Shown piece by piece: positions 40,451 through 51,050 of a stretch of DNA of 64,000 nucleotides. Position numbers and translations under genes: made by a program. The DNA comes from an uncultured Gammaproteobacteria bacterium (GTDB lineage Bacteria > Patescibacteriota > Patescibacteriia > CAZGFX01), in contig CAZGFX010000001.1 in assembly GCA_964524845.1 (NCBI GenBank), positions 227,740-291,739 of the forward strand, in the 5' to 3' direction. How positions within the stretch are numbered: position 1 is the stretch's first letter; every line of letters begins with the position of its first letter. The notes below the pieces were generated by a model that saw only the letters and a program-made list of their open reading frames with translations, was not told the DNA's origin and did no database searches.

Positions 40451-41377
40451 ATGCCTTTAAAAACAATTATAAAATCAAGTTTCGTCAATGCATGGCGATA
40501 TAGAGATATGTGGTGGATTATCTTTCTGACACTTCCTTTTTTTGGGTTCTATTTATTTACCGATTTCAACATAACATCAATACCAAGCTCTGTTGGTTTT
40601 TATCTTGATAAAGAGCCAACTATTCTCGAGAGTTTTCATGCTATAAGTAGTACAGGATTTTTTGGTTCAATTTTTGACGCACTTGCAAGCATTTCCGCAC
40701 TGAAACTTATAGGATTTGGGGTACTTGTTGTGGTTTGTGCTCTCGCGTTAATTTTTATACATCTTGTAGCAACTCAAAGCGCTTATTCAACAATATATTC
40801 AATTGTAGAAAAAAAACCGGTTGAAAACACTCTCAAAAAACTCTTCCCTTCTTTCGGTCATTTTGCATCAATTTCAATCATTGCAGGAATCATAAATGGC
40901 GTATTGTTTTCGTGGATTGTTTTTCCAATTCTGCTTCCACTTGGTGAAAAAATCTCATTCATGCCGAGATGGGTTTGGATTGCTATCGTGTGTGTTATTT
41001 TTGTTCTAATTGATCTATCCCTCAATACTATAATAAAATGGGCAAAATACAACACGATCATTAAAGCACAATCATTTTGGATTGCTTTCTTGAATGCGTG
41101 CCGACAGTGTAAACAAAACATGAGTATTATTCTTCTTTCTATTGTTATTAATGGTCTTATTTACGGAGTTCTTTTTATAATCACCTATTATGTCAGTCAG
41201 TTAATTATGCCAATTGATGAACTTATGACATATGTTTTTGCTGATATTGCAGGATCCAGTGTTATAAACCTTCGTTTCCCTGCGTTTATTCTGTTTCTTG
41301 TCATAAGTTTCGTGTATACCCGTTTTGTCATGAATTTTGTTTGGATGCATGCATACTCACTTACAAATAAAAAATAA
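40451..41377 (+). CDS. polytopic membrane protein
   Basis: About six hydrophobic segments. Confidence 0.75.
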   Translation: MPLKTIIKSSFVNAWRYRDMWWIIFLTLPFFGFYLFTDFNITSIPSSVGFYLDKEPTILESFHAISSTGFFGSIFDALASISALKLIGFGVLVVVCALALIFIHLVATQSAYSTIYSIVEKKPVENTLKKLFPSFGHFASISIIAGIINGVLFSWIVFPILLPLGEKISFMPRWVWIAIVCVIFVLIDLSLNTIIKWAKYNTIIKAQSFWIAFLNACRQCKQNMSIILLSIVINGLIYGVLFIITYYVSQLIMPIDELMTYVFADIAGSSVINLRFPAFILFLVISFVYTRFVMNFVWMHAYSLTNKK

Positions 41378-41409
41378 TTTCTCACTGTCAGAAATAAAAA
41401 AACACATCC

Positions 41410-43143
41410 ATGCTCACAATTACAGATCTTCTTAGTCGAGCACGATCTACAAAAATAGGATCAGATTCCGCGGTTGTATCAAATAATGAGACAGCCACAA
41501 AACTCGAGGAGAAGATGAAAGAAATAGAAATAGAAACAATAGAAAAAAACACGGAAAAAAAAGCCGCGTCACTTGGGTATGGATATGTGAATCTTGTCTC
41601 GTTTCCTACAAATCTCGAGGCACTAGCACTCGTACCGGAAAATCTTGCTGATGAATTAAAAACAGTAGGTTTTCTACTTGCCGATCGAGAATTTCGCATG
41701 GGAGCCATAAATCCAGAAGATCAAAAAGTACAGGATTTATTTAATGAGATCACAAAAAAATATAAGCTCAGTGGCTCTGTATATATGATCACTGATTACA
41801 GTTTTCAAGCCGCACGAAAATTATATGAGAAAATTCCACGCGTAAAACGCATGATTGGAGTTGTCTCAATAACCGCTGAAGACATCGAGGGATATAAGGG
41901 CAAATTTACAAGTTTTGATGCCGCAAACGAATTAATGAGAAATGCTGATACATCCGATCTTGTGACAATGATTATAGCCTCGAGTATGGAAATGAGATCA
42001 TCCGATATACACATTGAAGCGGAAGAAAGTGATATAAAAATTCGTTATCGTATAGATGGGGTTTTGCACACCATTGCCACAATCGATGCCATGAAGTGGC
42101 CACGAGTAATCAGTCGCCTCAAGCTTATTTCCGGACTCAAAGTAAATGTTTCTTCGAGACCACAAGATGGCAGATTCGAAATAAAATTTTCAGGAGATTC
42201 AATGGACGTACGCGTATCCATGTTACCTACCGCATACGGAGAATCTGTTGTTATGCGTCTTCTTCGATCAACTGCAGCTAGTTTAACTTTCGATGAAATG
42301 GGTCTTATTGGCAGAAACAAAACTGTTCTTGCGGCAGAAATTATGAAACCAAACGGTATGATTATCACCACAGGTCCTACTGGGTCCGGAAAAACAACAA
42401 CTTTGTATGCAATACTCAATAAACTAAATGACAGCGAAACAAAAATAATCACACTCGAAGACCCAATCGAATACAAACTCCAAGGACTCAATCAATCCCA
42501 AATAGATCACTCAAAAGGATACGGATTCGCTGATGGCCTACGTTCTATTCTTCGTCAGGATCCAGATGTGGTTATGGTCGGTGAGCTTCGTGATCTGGAA
42601 ACAGCCGATGTAGCGATCAATGCAGCACTTACAGGACATCTCGTAATATCAACACTGCACACAAACTCCGCGGCAGGAACGATACCACGCTTCTTGGCAA
42701 TGGGAGTAAAACCATTTCTTCTTGCTCCTGCTCTTAATGCAATTATTGGACAACGTCTCTGTCGTAGAATTTGTTCTAATTGCGTCGAGGAATATTCGCC
42801 CGATCCCGCAGTACTCGAAAAAGTTTGGAAGTATTTAGAAGAAATTCCAGAATCTTCAGGAGACAGACCTGATATGAACGAGGTAAAAAAGACTAAATTT
42901 AGAAGAGGAAAAGGGTGTGATCAGTGTAATGGACTCGGATACAAAGGGCGCATCGGAATACACGAGGTTATGAACATGAACGAAGAAGTAGAAAAAATTA
43001 TTTTAGGAGGAAAAGTATCAGAATATGATATGGAGCGAATCGCAATCCAGTCCGGAATGGTACTAATGGTACAAGACGGGCTTCTAAAAGCTATTCAAGG
43101 AATTACTACAATTGAGGAAGTACTTGCTCAAGCTGATAAATAA
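41410..43143 (+). CDS. pilB: type IV pilus assembly ATPase (PilB/GspE family)
   Basis: SDIHIE, PQDGR, GPTGSGKTTTLY, LRQDPD, GHLV.STLHTN, CxxC Zn motifs. Confidence 0.9.
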   Translation: MLTITDLLSRARSTKIGSDSAVVSNNETATKLEEKMKEIEIETIEKNTEKKAASLGYGYVNLVSFPTNLEALALVPENLADELKTVGFLLADREFRMGAINPEDQKVQDLFNEITKKYKLSGSVYMITDYSFQAARKLYEKIPRVKRMIGVVSITAEDIEGYKGKFTSFDAANELMRNADTSDLVTMIIASSMEMRSSDIHIEAEESDIKIRYRIDGVLHTIATIDAMKWPRVISRLKLISGLKVNVSSRPQDGRFEIKFSGDSMDVRVSMLPTAYGESVVMRLLRSTAASLTFDEMGLIGRNKTVLAAEIMKPNGMIITTGPTGSGKTTTLYAILNKLNDSETKIITLEDPIEYKLQGLNQSQIDHSKGYGFADGLRSILRQDPDVVMVGELRDLETADVAINAALTGHLVISTLHTNSAAGTIPRFLAMGVKPFLLAPALNAIIGQRLCRRICSNCVEEYSPDPAVLEKVWKYLEEIPESSGDRPDMNEVKKTKFRRGKGCDQCNGLGYKGRIGIHEVMNMNEEVEKIILGGKVSEYDMERIAIQSGMVLMVQDGLLKAIQGITTIEEVLAQADK

Positions 43144-43149
43144 AAACAT

Positions 43150-43611
43150 ATGGCAGAAGACACAAAATTAAAAATTCAAGCATATTTAGAGGACTTACTT
43201 AAAAAGATAAATGAGAAACACGAGTTTCTCGTCCATGAAAAATTTCTAAAAGAACACCAATCGACAATTCTTTCACAAATATGCTCTGTTCCGGAACACG
43301 CTCAATACAAAGAAATGTTGGATACTTGTCAGATCACTACCGGCGATCATAATGTGCTTATTGACAGTATATATAATGAGACAACCCAAAAAATAAATGA
43401 ACTTATTGTCTCTCTTTCAAACATATCAGAAGATGAGTTGAGAGATAGTGGTGAAAAAATAGTAAATGATGCGCACGCAATATATACTTTATACCGTGAC
43501 GAAAACGAAAAAGTACAACAAAAAGTTACGGAAATGGTAAACAATTTGTATCGTGTGCGCGATCAAGTTTATGCCGATCAGTTGCTAAATTATATCAAAA
43601 ATACTTTTTAA
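43150..43611 (+). CDS. hypothetical helical protein
   Basis: ORF directly after pilB, followed by terminator. Confidence 0.7.
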   Translation: MAEDTKLKIQAYLEDLLKKINEKHEFLVHEKFLKEHQSTILSQICSVPEHAQYKEMLDTCQITTGDHNVLIDSIYNETTQKINELIVSLSNISEDELRDSGEKIVNDAHAIYTLYRDENEKVQQKVTEMVNNLYRVRDQVYADQLLNYIKNTF

Positions 43612-43673
43612 TAATATATAAAAAACGCTTAGTTTTTAACTTAAGCGTTTTTTAATTTTTTATATCAATCTTT

Positions 43674-44234
43674 TTAAAAATGTTCAATAATACAATCGAA
43701 TTCTTTAGTGCTTTTTGGTAGAAAAATTATGTTTTTCACGTTTGGATTGTCCGTCATAGACACAAAAAAAGAGAAGGAAAGGATGGTTGTTGAAATAAAT
43801 GCTTCGAGTTTCAATCCTTTCATATCATATGTAGGGATTCCAATTGTACATACTTTAGGAGTCGTATAGTGTGCTATCTGAAAACAGTTGCGAAGACCTT
43901 TTTCAAAAATATCGACCGGATTGCATGTTTCTGGAATTCCTCCAATCACCATGTGCATAACGCCATTGAAAACATCTTTGTATTTTCCAGATCCTGTTAC
44001 AAACACGGAGCCGGGATATCTGTTTCTAGCCACGATTCGAAGCTCTTTTTGAATCTCATCACCGCACAATTCGTGCACCTTTTGTGCAACCTCTGTCGCT
44101 GGAAACATTTTTACATCAATTGGAACGAGTATTGTGTCAAACATTTTTTTGAAATCCGTTCCTGGTGTAAGCAAATTTCCTTTGAAGACCGTAACCGAAC
44201 ATCCTTTTCCACAATCATATGAGAGCGCTGACAT
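43674..44234 (-). CDS. degenerate macro-domain protein
   Basis: VFKGNL, DTILV, VA..VH..CG.EIQ.E, PGSVFVTGSG, VMHMV, IGIP. Confidence 0.65.
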   Translation of the reverse strand: MSALSYDCGKGCSVTVFKGNLLTPGTDFKKMFDTILVPIDVKMFPATEVAQKVHELCGDEIQKELRIVARNRYPGSVFVTGSGKYKDVFNGVMHMVIGGIPETCNPVDIFEKGLRNCFQIAHYTTPKVCTIGIPTYDMKGLKLEAFISTTILSFSFFVSMTDNPNVKNIIFLPKSTKEFDCIIEHF

Positions 44235-44261
44235 GTCATACCTCCGTTTTAGTGTTTTGTT

Positions 44262-44513
44262 TTAATTTTTAAAAAAATTATCAATTACACGAAGAACTTC
44301 TTTCTCGTCTTTTTTGTGGCATAAAATCGACAATTTTGCATTACCGTCATCTATCAAAGAGAACTCGAATCCTGCTTTACTTATCGCTTCGCCTATTTTC
44401 GAAATTCTTTTCATAGCTTCAGCATACAATGGCCCGCAACAACTCTGAATACTAGCGTGTACTTCTGTAGGTTTGATGAGTTTAGAACTATCTATCTGAT
44501 GTCTTAATTTCAT
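44262..44513 (-). CDS. small hypothetical protein
   Basis: AGGAGGT SD. Confidence 0.7.
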   Translation of the reverse strand: MKLRHQIDSSKLIKPTEVHASIQSCCGPLYAEAMKRISKIGEAISKAGFEFSLIDDGNAKLSILCHKKDEKEVLRVIDNFFKN

Positions 44514-44575
44514 TTTTTCACCTCCTTTTTATTTGTTTTTGGCGTACGTTTAGAAGTGTTTTAATTATAGAGTCT

Positions 44576-45022
44576 TTAATTTCTCTGATTTAGTATACTG
44601 AGTGCAACTGCAATCGCCATTTCCCCTATTCCGTATCGATCTTTTAAAAACTCACCCGAGAAACGATCATAGGAAAGACCCAATTTAGATAACATGCGTG
44701 CAAAAACATTACAATCAGCAATAAGCGCGTCATGAGTTATTTTTCGCACCTCATCTGCGCGTGCAATATTTTCTGCATTTTCTCTATCTGTGTTACCTGT
44801 TCGTGTTAAAATATAATATTTGGAAACAGAGCTAAGATATTTTACACAAGTGTTTGAAAATGTTTCTAAAATATCCAAAAATAAATCTTTTTGTTCTTTT
44901 GGTTGATTTTCTACAACAGCCAAAACATCATCTTTTATTTTTAAAAACAAGCTGGCACTTTCCAAATAAAAGTTTTCATTACCTTCCATTACTATTGTTT
45001 TCATTTCTTTTGTTTCGTACAT
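44576..45022 (-). CDS. hypothetical helical protein (possibly DUF3232-like)
   Basis: ADE.RK..HDALI....F.R pattern; start uncertain. Confidence 0.55.
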   Translation of the reverse strand: MYETKEMKTIVMEGNENFYLESASLFLKIKDDVLAVVENQPKEQKDLFLDILETFSNTCVKYLSSVSKYYILTRTGNTDRENAENIARADEVRKITHDALIADCNVFARMLSKLGLSYDRFSGEFLKDRYGIGEMAIAVALSILNQRN

Positions 45023-45074
45023 ATTATATATCCTAAACGTATAAAAAAGGAAGTATTTTAATACCTCCAATTAT

Positions 45075-45275
45075 TTAATTTTTATATAAAGAGATAATAA
45101 TATCTCCTGCTTTTTTTAAAATATCAGATTCATTTTTGTTTTCATCAACTTGCAACAAGTACTCAATTAATTTATTGAATTCTATTTGCTGATCGACTGT
45201 TAAAGATTTTAAAAACGAGGAACTTTTTAATTCCAGATACTTTAAATATTTTTGTGTTATGTCTTGTAATTCCAT
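45075..45275 (-). CDS. small hypothetical protein
   Basis: AAGGAAG SD-like sequence before ATG. Confidence 0.55.
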   Translation of the reverse strand: MELQDITQKYLKYLELKSSSFLKSLTVDQQIEFNKLIEYLLQVDENKNESDILKKAGDIIISLYKN

Positions 45276-45355
45276 AATAAACTTCCTTAATTTTCATTAT
45301 TTATAATATTTTTTCTTATTATATATTATTTTGACAAAAAGTCAAGTGTTTGGGC

Positions 45356-47911
45356 CTAGATACTATTTTCAAGCTCTTCCTTTGATTTTGCTAGATTTTC
45401 CCTATCTTTTTCAACTATATCATCAGGGGCATTTGCAATATACTCGGCATTTCCAAGTTTTTTCTCAAGTAATGATATATATTTTTCGAGCTCGTTTTTT
45501 CTCTTTTTTTTCTGTTCTTCAAGACGAGATGTATCAATTGAAGTTGTAACTGATATGTTTTTCTCGCCTTCTGATTCCGTTATTGATTTTACTTTAATAC
45601 GAGCTAGTTTTTCCAAAACGGGAATATCATAAATAAAAGAAGGATGACAAACAACACTTGCTTCAAGTATATCCGCTGGGTTTACTTTTGCTTCTGCTCG
45701 TTCATTTCTTATTCTTATCACACTGTTTCTTATTTCAACAAAAATACTCGTGTCAAAAGATTGATTGATTGATTTGATTTTTGGCCACGATTGAATCATA
45801 AGCATTTTCTCATTCCCCGTTCCATATATATATGACCATATTTCTTCCGTAACAAAAGGCATGAGCGGATGAAGTAGTTTTAAACAAGTTTCGAGAACAT
45901 GTCGAAGCATTGCCGGATTTTTCGGATATGAAGCAACCTTATAAACCTCTAGATACCAGTTCGCGAAATCATCCCATAAAAACTGATATGCAGTTTCCCC
46001 TGCGAGTGAAAAGTTATAATTTCCATAATAATCAGTTACTTCTTTAATGGAATTATTTAACCTATTTAATATCCACGCATCGGCGTTACTTTTCACATCA
46101 ATAGAATTCATGTCAGCACCAACCACTCCTTCCTGCATAAGAGTGAAACGAGCAATGTTCCAAATTTTGTTTACGAAATTTCTGCACGATTCTATTTTCT
46201 GTTCTCCTATTTTTGAATCGTTTCCTGGAGTTGTCCCAATAACAAGTGCGAGTCTGAGAGCGTCTGTTCCATACTTATTAATCACATCAATAGGATCAGT
46301 AACGTTTCCGAGAGACTTTGACATCTTTCTACCGTGCTCATCTCTTACAAGACCATGAAGGTATACAGTATAAAAAGGCACTTTTCCTGTGGCAAACGAG
46401 GACATTAGAATCATGCGCGCAACCCAGAAAAAAAGAATATCATATCCCGTTTCCATCACTTGTGTTGGAAAATACTTCTCATAATCAGGATGTTTAGTAT
46501 CAGGCCAGCCGAGTGTCGCAAAAGGCCAAAGCGCCGACGAAAACCATGTATCAAGTGTGTCACTATCCTGTTTCCATCCTTCTCCCGGACACTCGATACT
46601 TACCTTAATATTTCCATCAGAATCATACCACGCCGGAATATCATGTCCCCACCATATTTGACGCGACACACACCAATCACGAAGATTATCAATCCAATGA
46701 AAATAAACATTTGAAAAACGCTCCGGAACTATTTTTATATCTCCTGAATCAACGACGTCCTTTAATATGTGTTTGAAAGATTGCTTTTTTTCCTTCCAAA
46801 GAATTACTTCTTTATTAACATCTACAAACCACTGCTCAATAATTTGTGGCTCGATGATTCCACCGCCACGAGAATTATGAGAAACACTCTGAACATATTT
46901 TTCTTCTTTCACAAGTTTTCCGGATTCACGAAGGTCTTCAACAAACTTTTTTCTACATTCAAAAATATCCATCCCCTCATAAGGACCAGCGAAACTTGTC
47001 ATTTTTCCATTCAAGTCAATCACTTGTGGCATGGCAAGCCCATTTGCTACAGCCATATCATAATCAACAAGAGAGTGTCCGGGAGTTACACCAAGCGCTC
47101 CAGTTCCAAACTCAGGATCAACTGCATCGCTCGCAATGACTTTTACTGAAATCTTGTGCCCACGAGTAAACTCAACATCGATTGTTTTCCCTATATATGA
47201 TGTATATCGCTCATCGTTCGGATTAACGGCAACGGCAGTATCTCCAAGTTTTGTTTCTGGACGCGATGTTGCGACAACAAAAGGCCCGTACTGTATGTAA
47301 TACAATATTCCATCCTCTTCGACATACTCAACTTCATCATCTGATACGGTTGTTTGGAGATTAGGATCCCAATTAACTATTCTTTTTCCACGATAAATAA
47401 GTCCTTCATTATATAGGTCAACGAAGACCTTTTTCACAGCATATGAGAGTCTGTCAGAAAAAGTGTATTCTTCTCTCTCCCAATCACAACTAGCTCCCAT
47501 TTTTCTTATTTGGTTTCGTATTGTACCTTGTGAAGTTTTTACAAACTCTTTGATTCTGGAAACCATCTCTTCACGGCCGAGGTCGTACCGTGTTTTTCCT
47601 TCTTTTTCCATGATCATTTTCTCAACCCTGCTCTGAGTGGCGATAGCCGCATGATCAGTTCCTGGAACCCACAGAGCTCTCTTTCCATTCATGCGCTCAA
47701 ATCTAATCATCGCATCTTCAATAGTCAAAAACAAAGCATGTCCAGAATGAAGAATGCCAGTGGCGTTTGGAGGAGGCATTGAGATCGTATATGCTAGCGC
47801 ATCCGTAGGAAAAGGAAGGTTTTCAGGATGAAAATATCCTGATGACTCCCATCTTTTATATATAGCATCTTCGACCTCGGCCGCGGAATACTGTTTTGAT
47901 AGTTCTTTCAT
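45356..47911 (-). CDS. valS: valine--tRNA ligase
   Basis: PPPNATGILHSGH, PGTDHAAIATQ, DWCVSRQIWWGH, LDTWFSS, KMSKS. Confidence 0.97.
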   Translation of the reverse strand: MKELSKQYSAAEVEDAIYKRWESSGYFHPENLPFPTDALAYTISMPPPNATGILHSGHALFLTIEDAMIRFERMNGKRALWVPGTDHAAIATQSRVEKMIMEKEGKTRYDLGREEMVSRIKEFVKTSQGTIRNQIRKMGASCDWEREEYTFSDRLSYAVKKVFVDLYNEGLIYRGKRIVNWDPNLQTTVSDDEVEYVEEDGILYYIQYGPFVVATSRPETKLGDTAVAVNPNDERYTSYIGKTIDVEFTRGHKISVKVIASDAVDPEFGTGALGVTPGHSLVDYDMAVANGLAMPQVIDLNGKMTSFAGPYEGMDIFECRKKFVEDLRESGKLVKEEKYVQSVSHNSRGGGIIEPQIIEQWFVDVNKEVILWKEKKQSFKHILKDVVDSGDIKIVPERFSNVYFHWIDNLRDWCVSRQIWWGHDIPAWYDSDGNIKVSIECPGEGWKQDSDTLDTWFSSALWPFATLGWPDTKHPDYEKYFPTQVMETGYDILFFWVARMILMSSFATGKVPFYTVYLHGLVRDEHGRKMSKSLGNVTDPIDVINKYGTDALRLALVIGTTPGNDSKIGEQKIESCRNFVNKIWNIARFTLMQEGVVGADMNSIDVKSNADAWILNRLNNSIKEVTDYYGNYNFSLAGETAYQFLWDDFANWYLEVYKVASYPKNPAMLRHVLETCLKLLHPLMPFVTEEIWSYIYGTGNEKMLMIQSWPKIKSINQSFDTSIFVEIRNSVIRIRNERAEAKVNPADILEASVVCHPSFIYDIPVLEKLARIKVKSITESEGEKNISVTTSIDTSRLEEQKKKRKNELEKYISLLEKKLGNAEYIANAPDDIVEKDRENLAKSKEELENSI

Positions 47912-47919
47912 AAAGTAAA

Positions 47920-48190
47920 AAAATAAAAAACGTCCTTATAAAAATATTCCATAATCACATGAATAATGTGAAACACATTAATACAATCAATTACATTTAT
48001 ATTGAAATATTTTTACAAGGACGCGGCTAATTCTCCACGCGGTACCACCTCATTTCTCCGCATATAAAAAATCTCTTTGGCGGAGCCCTTCATATTAGCA
48101 ATAACGGGCATACCCGTCGGAATCTACTCTGTTTAAAAAACATTTCTTTCCGAAACATCATCGGGCTACACTACCTCCCGACTCAATCGT
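47920..48190 (-). promoter_or_regulatory. T-box riboswitch (Val specifier GUA) with terminator
   Basis: AGGTGGTACCGCG T-box at 48038-48050; GCCCGTTA; GUA at 48125-48127; terminator gtccttgtaaaatattt...aatattttataaggac + T-run. Confidence 0.85.
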
Positions 48191-48231
48191 TTTTGCCTTT
48201 ATATAGTATCATATAAGTCCCAAAGGTCAAG

Positions 48232-48257
48232 AAAACCGCTTTGTGTGGCTATTTTTC
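48232..48257. repeat. 26-bp direct repeat, copy 1
   Basis: aaaaccgctttgtgtggctatttttc identical to 49431-49456. Confidence 0.9.
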
Positions 48258-48266
48258 TGGTAATTA

Positions 48267-49367
48267 TTATTGCAAGGTCTCATTCTTATTTATCTTGCCT
48301 TTTTCCAATTGGAATATGGCCAAAGGGAGATTTGTTCTTCCATCAGAAGTAATTGTAAGTTTGCCTGAAACTCCATCGTATTCTTTAAAATCTTTCATAA
48401 TAGATAAAATGCCAGATTTATTTTGGTTTTCTTGCAAGAAAGAGAATAATATATGCGCCGCATCATATGATTGACCAACAGGCAATCCTGGTGCAATGCT
48501 GTATTTTTCTGAATATTTCTTTATGAAATCATTTTTGTAATAATCTGGAGCAATAAACTGAAGCTTGTCAGACCACTCTGATGTTTCGCCAGCAAGATAA
48601 TCATCGACTTCTATGCTATAAAGCTTTCCAGAAAAACCAAGATTGTGTATTTCTTTCATCGAATTAACAAATTCATAATAAGTTCCCAAATAAATAGCGT
48701 CTGGCTTTGTTGCAATAATTTTTGTTACAGGAAGTTTCATATCTGATGCTGATGGTTGGACTATTTCAGTACCAGTAATAACTCCGCCTATTGCCTTAAA
48801 TTTTTCGATAAAAGCATCGGATACTGTTTTTTCCCAAGAATCCAGCGTACCAATGACTCCGACATTATGAACCCCTTTATTATAAACATATTCCGCTAAA
48901 CGTCCTGCCTCATTTTCTGCGTCCGCCCAAACAAAAATAGGATTTTTTATATTTTTACGATCACGAAGAGGAAAAAAACCAGGAATAACAGAAGGGATAC
49001 CTTCTTGCTCAATAAGATGATTAACGGCTCCAACCTCAGTTTGATTTAAAGGACCAATAATTGCCATTACATGTTCAAAAGAAACGAGATGTTGAAATGC
49101 TGAAACCGTTTGTTTTGGATCACTGGCCGTGTCTTCATAAATCATTTCTATCTGTTTTCCATTTATACCTCCGTTTTTGTTGATTTCTTCTACTGCGAGC
49201 GCAATTCCTTTCTGAGCATTCTCCCCCCAAGCTGAACCACCACCTGTTAAACTCAAGAGCGCGCCAACTCTTATAGTATTAGAAGTGTCTCTTGTATTAT
49301 TTTTATATACAAAAAATCCTATCACAATCACAAGTAAAATTATTACTACTGTAATTATTTTTTTCAT
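48267..49367 (-). CDS. LivJ/LivK-type ABC substrate-binding protein (orphan)
   Basis: IRVGALLSLTG, AVEEIN..GGINGK, EDT, YDA, GVSG. Confidence 0.85.
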   Translation of the reverse strand: MKKIITVVIILLVIVIGFFVYKNNTRDTSNTIRVGALLSLTGGGSAWGENAQKGIALAVEEINKNGGINGKQIEMIYEDTASDPKQTVSAFQHLVSFEHVMAIIGPLNQTEVGAVNHLIEQEGIPSVIPGFFPLRDRKNIKNPIFVWADAENEAGRLAEYVYNKGVHNVGVIGTLDSWEKTVSDAFIEKFKAIGGVITGTEIVQPSASDMKLPVTKIIATKPDAIYLGTYYEFVNSMKEIHNLGFSGKLYSIEVDDYLAGETSEWSDKLQFIAPDYYKNDFIKKYSEKYSIAPGLPVGQSYDAAHILFSFLQENQNKSGILSIMKDFKEYDGVSGKLTITSDGRTNLPLAIFQLEKGKINKNETLQ

Positions 49368-49430
49368 ATGATCTTAAATAATTATGACGAACATTTATGA
49401 ACACATATTATCATATTTAAAAAATATAAA

Positions 49431-49456
49431 AAAACCGCTTTGTGTGGCTATTTTTC
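49431..49456. repeat. 26-bp direct repeat, copy 2 (covers tsaE stop)
   Basis: Identical to 48232-48257. Confidence 0.9.
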
Positions 49457-49933
49457 GAGTTGGAAAATTCTTGAATTTTCATTTTCTCCATATTCACACT
49501 TAATATATAATGTGTTTAATGGGAGAAGTTTTTTAAATATATTAGGCCACTCAATACAAACCAAGCATTCGTCTCGTCCAACATACTCATCAAGTCCAAG
49601 CGCGGAAAATTCAGTATTTGCTTTTTCTTCTGAAATATTTTTATCAAATCGATAAGCATCAACATGAACAAGTTTTTTAAATATGTGATGACACGAAATA
49701 TCATATACATACATATACACGAAACTTGGGCTTTTCACTGTTTGAGAAACACCAAAAGCACGAGCAAGCGCTTTTACAAACGTTGTCTTCCCTGTTCCGA
49801 GATCTCCATCAAGTGCAATAACACATCCTGGTGTAAGCAATGGTTTCAATTCAAGTGCAAATGTTTCGATTGCGTCTTCACCAATAAATACAACTGGTTT
49901 TCCTTCAAAAAAATCTTTAATTGTATTTTTCAT
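49448..49933 (-). CDS. tsaE: tRNA t6A biosynthesis ATPase TsaE
   Basis: GDLGTGKTTF, VKSPSF, HVDAYR, IEWP. Confidence 0.93.
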   Translation of the reverse strand: MKNTIKDFFEGKPVVFIGEDAIETFALELKPLLTPGCVIALDGDLGTGKTTFVKALARAFGVSQTVKSPSFVYMYVYDISCHHIFKKLVHVDAYRFDKNISEEKANTEFSALGLDEYVGRDECLVCIEWPNIFKKLLPLNTLYIKCEYGENENSRIFQLEK

Positions 49934-49934
49934 A

Positions 49935-51050
49935 TTAAGAAAATGACTTTACTTCGAGATTTGGTAACGGAGAAGCAGAAAGCGAATCTTCGTGTTTAAT
50001 CCCATTTTGTATGATCGCGCCCGCTGCACACGCTATCATGACGGCATTGTCTCCTGTGTAATCTCTGTGAGCAACACAAAATTTTCTACCAGAAGCCTCA
50101 AGTAAGTCGGTACAATGCTTTCGAAGAAATTTATTTGCTGAAACTCCGCCACCCATATATACGGTATTTACTCCATATTCTTCTACTGCTTTCATAATTT
50201 TTTGTGAAATAACATCAATAACACACCATTCAAAAGAGGCGCAAATATCAGCTTTTTGTGTATCTGATAACGCATTTATATCAACACCATGACCAAGAGC
50301 TCCTTTTCTACACTCTTTTGCTAAATCTCTTACTTTATAAAGCACGGCTGTTTTGAGCCCCGCAAATGAAAAATTAAATCCTTTTGTACGAAGTGGACGC
50401 GGAAACACAAAAGCTTCGCGGTTTCCCTTCTCTGCTAAAACAGATACTAGCGGACCACCTGGATATCCGAGTCCGAGAAGTTTTGAAACCTTGTCAAAAG
50501 CTTCTCCGGCCGCATCGTCAACCGTATCTCCAATAAGTTCGATATCAAACGGAGATCGCATAAAAAACATTGCCGTATTACCTCCTGATACAACAACTGA
50601 AATAAGAGGAAAATCTTTTTCCCAGTCATCAATAGAAATGGTTGGCGAAATAAGATGAGCATACACATGATTAATTAGCATGAGTGGCTTCCCCCATGCA
50701 AAAGAAAGTGTTTTCGCCGTCTCAAGTCCTACTGCAAGTGCCGGCAGAAGACCTGGCCCTTGCGTTACAGCAATGCAATCAATTTTATCAATCAAATCTT
50801 CTCGAGAATAATTTAATTTCTCCTGCGCGCATGCAAACGCAGAATCAAATACAGGAAGAATGTTCTCAGCATGCATGCGCGCAGCAAGTTCGGGTACTAC
50901 ACCTCCGTATGGTTCGTGTGATTTCACTTGAGAAGACACAACATGTGAAACAACTTCTGTTTTCTTTCCATATTCATACAAAACAAAAGCAACGGCTGTT
51001 TCATCACAACTCGTTTCTATCGCACAAATGAGCTTTTTTGAATCTATCAT
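49935..51050 (-). CDS. tsaD: tRNA N6-threonylcarbamoyltransferase TsaD
   Basis: IETSCDET, GGVVPELAAR.H, NHxxAH, DDAAGEAFDK, FSFAGLKT, DNAVMIA. Confidence 0.95.
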   Translation of the reverse strand: MIDSKKLICAIETSCDETAVAFVLYEYGKKTEVVSHVVSSQVKSHEPYGGVVPELAARMHAENILPVFDSAFACAQEKLNYSREDLIDKIDCIAVTQGPGLLPALAVGLETAKTLSFAWGKPLMLINHVYAHLISPTISIDDWEKDFPLISVVVSGGNTAMFFMRSPFDIELIGDTVDDAAGEAFDKVSKLLGLGYPGGPLVSVLAEKGNREAFVFPRPLRTKGFNFSFAGLKTAVLYKVRDLAKECRKGALGHGVDINALSDTQKADICASFEWCVIDVISQKIMKAVEEYGVNTVYMGGGVSANKFLRKHCTDLLEASGRKFCVAHRDYTGDNAVMIACAAGAIIQNGIKHEDSLSASPLPNLEVKSFS

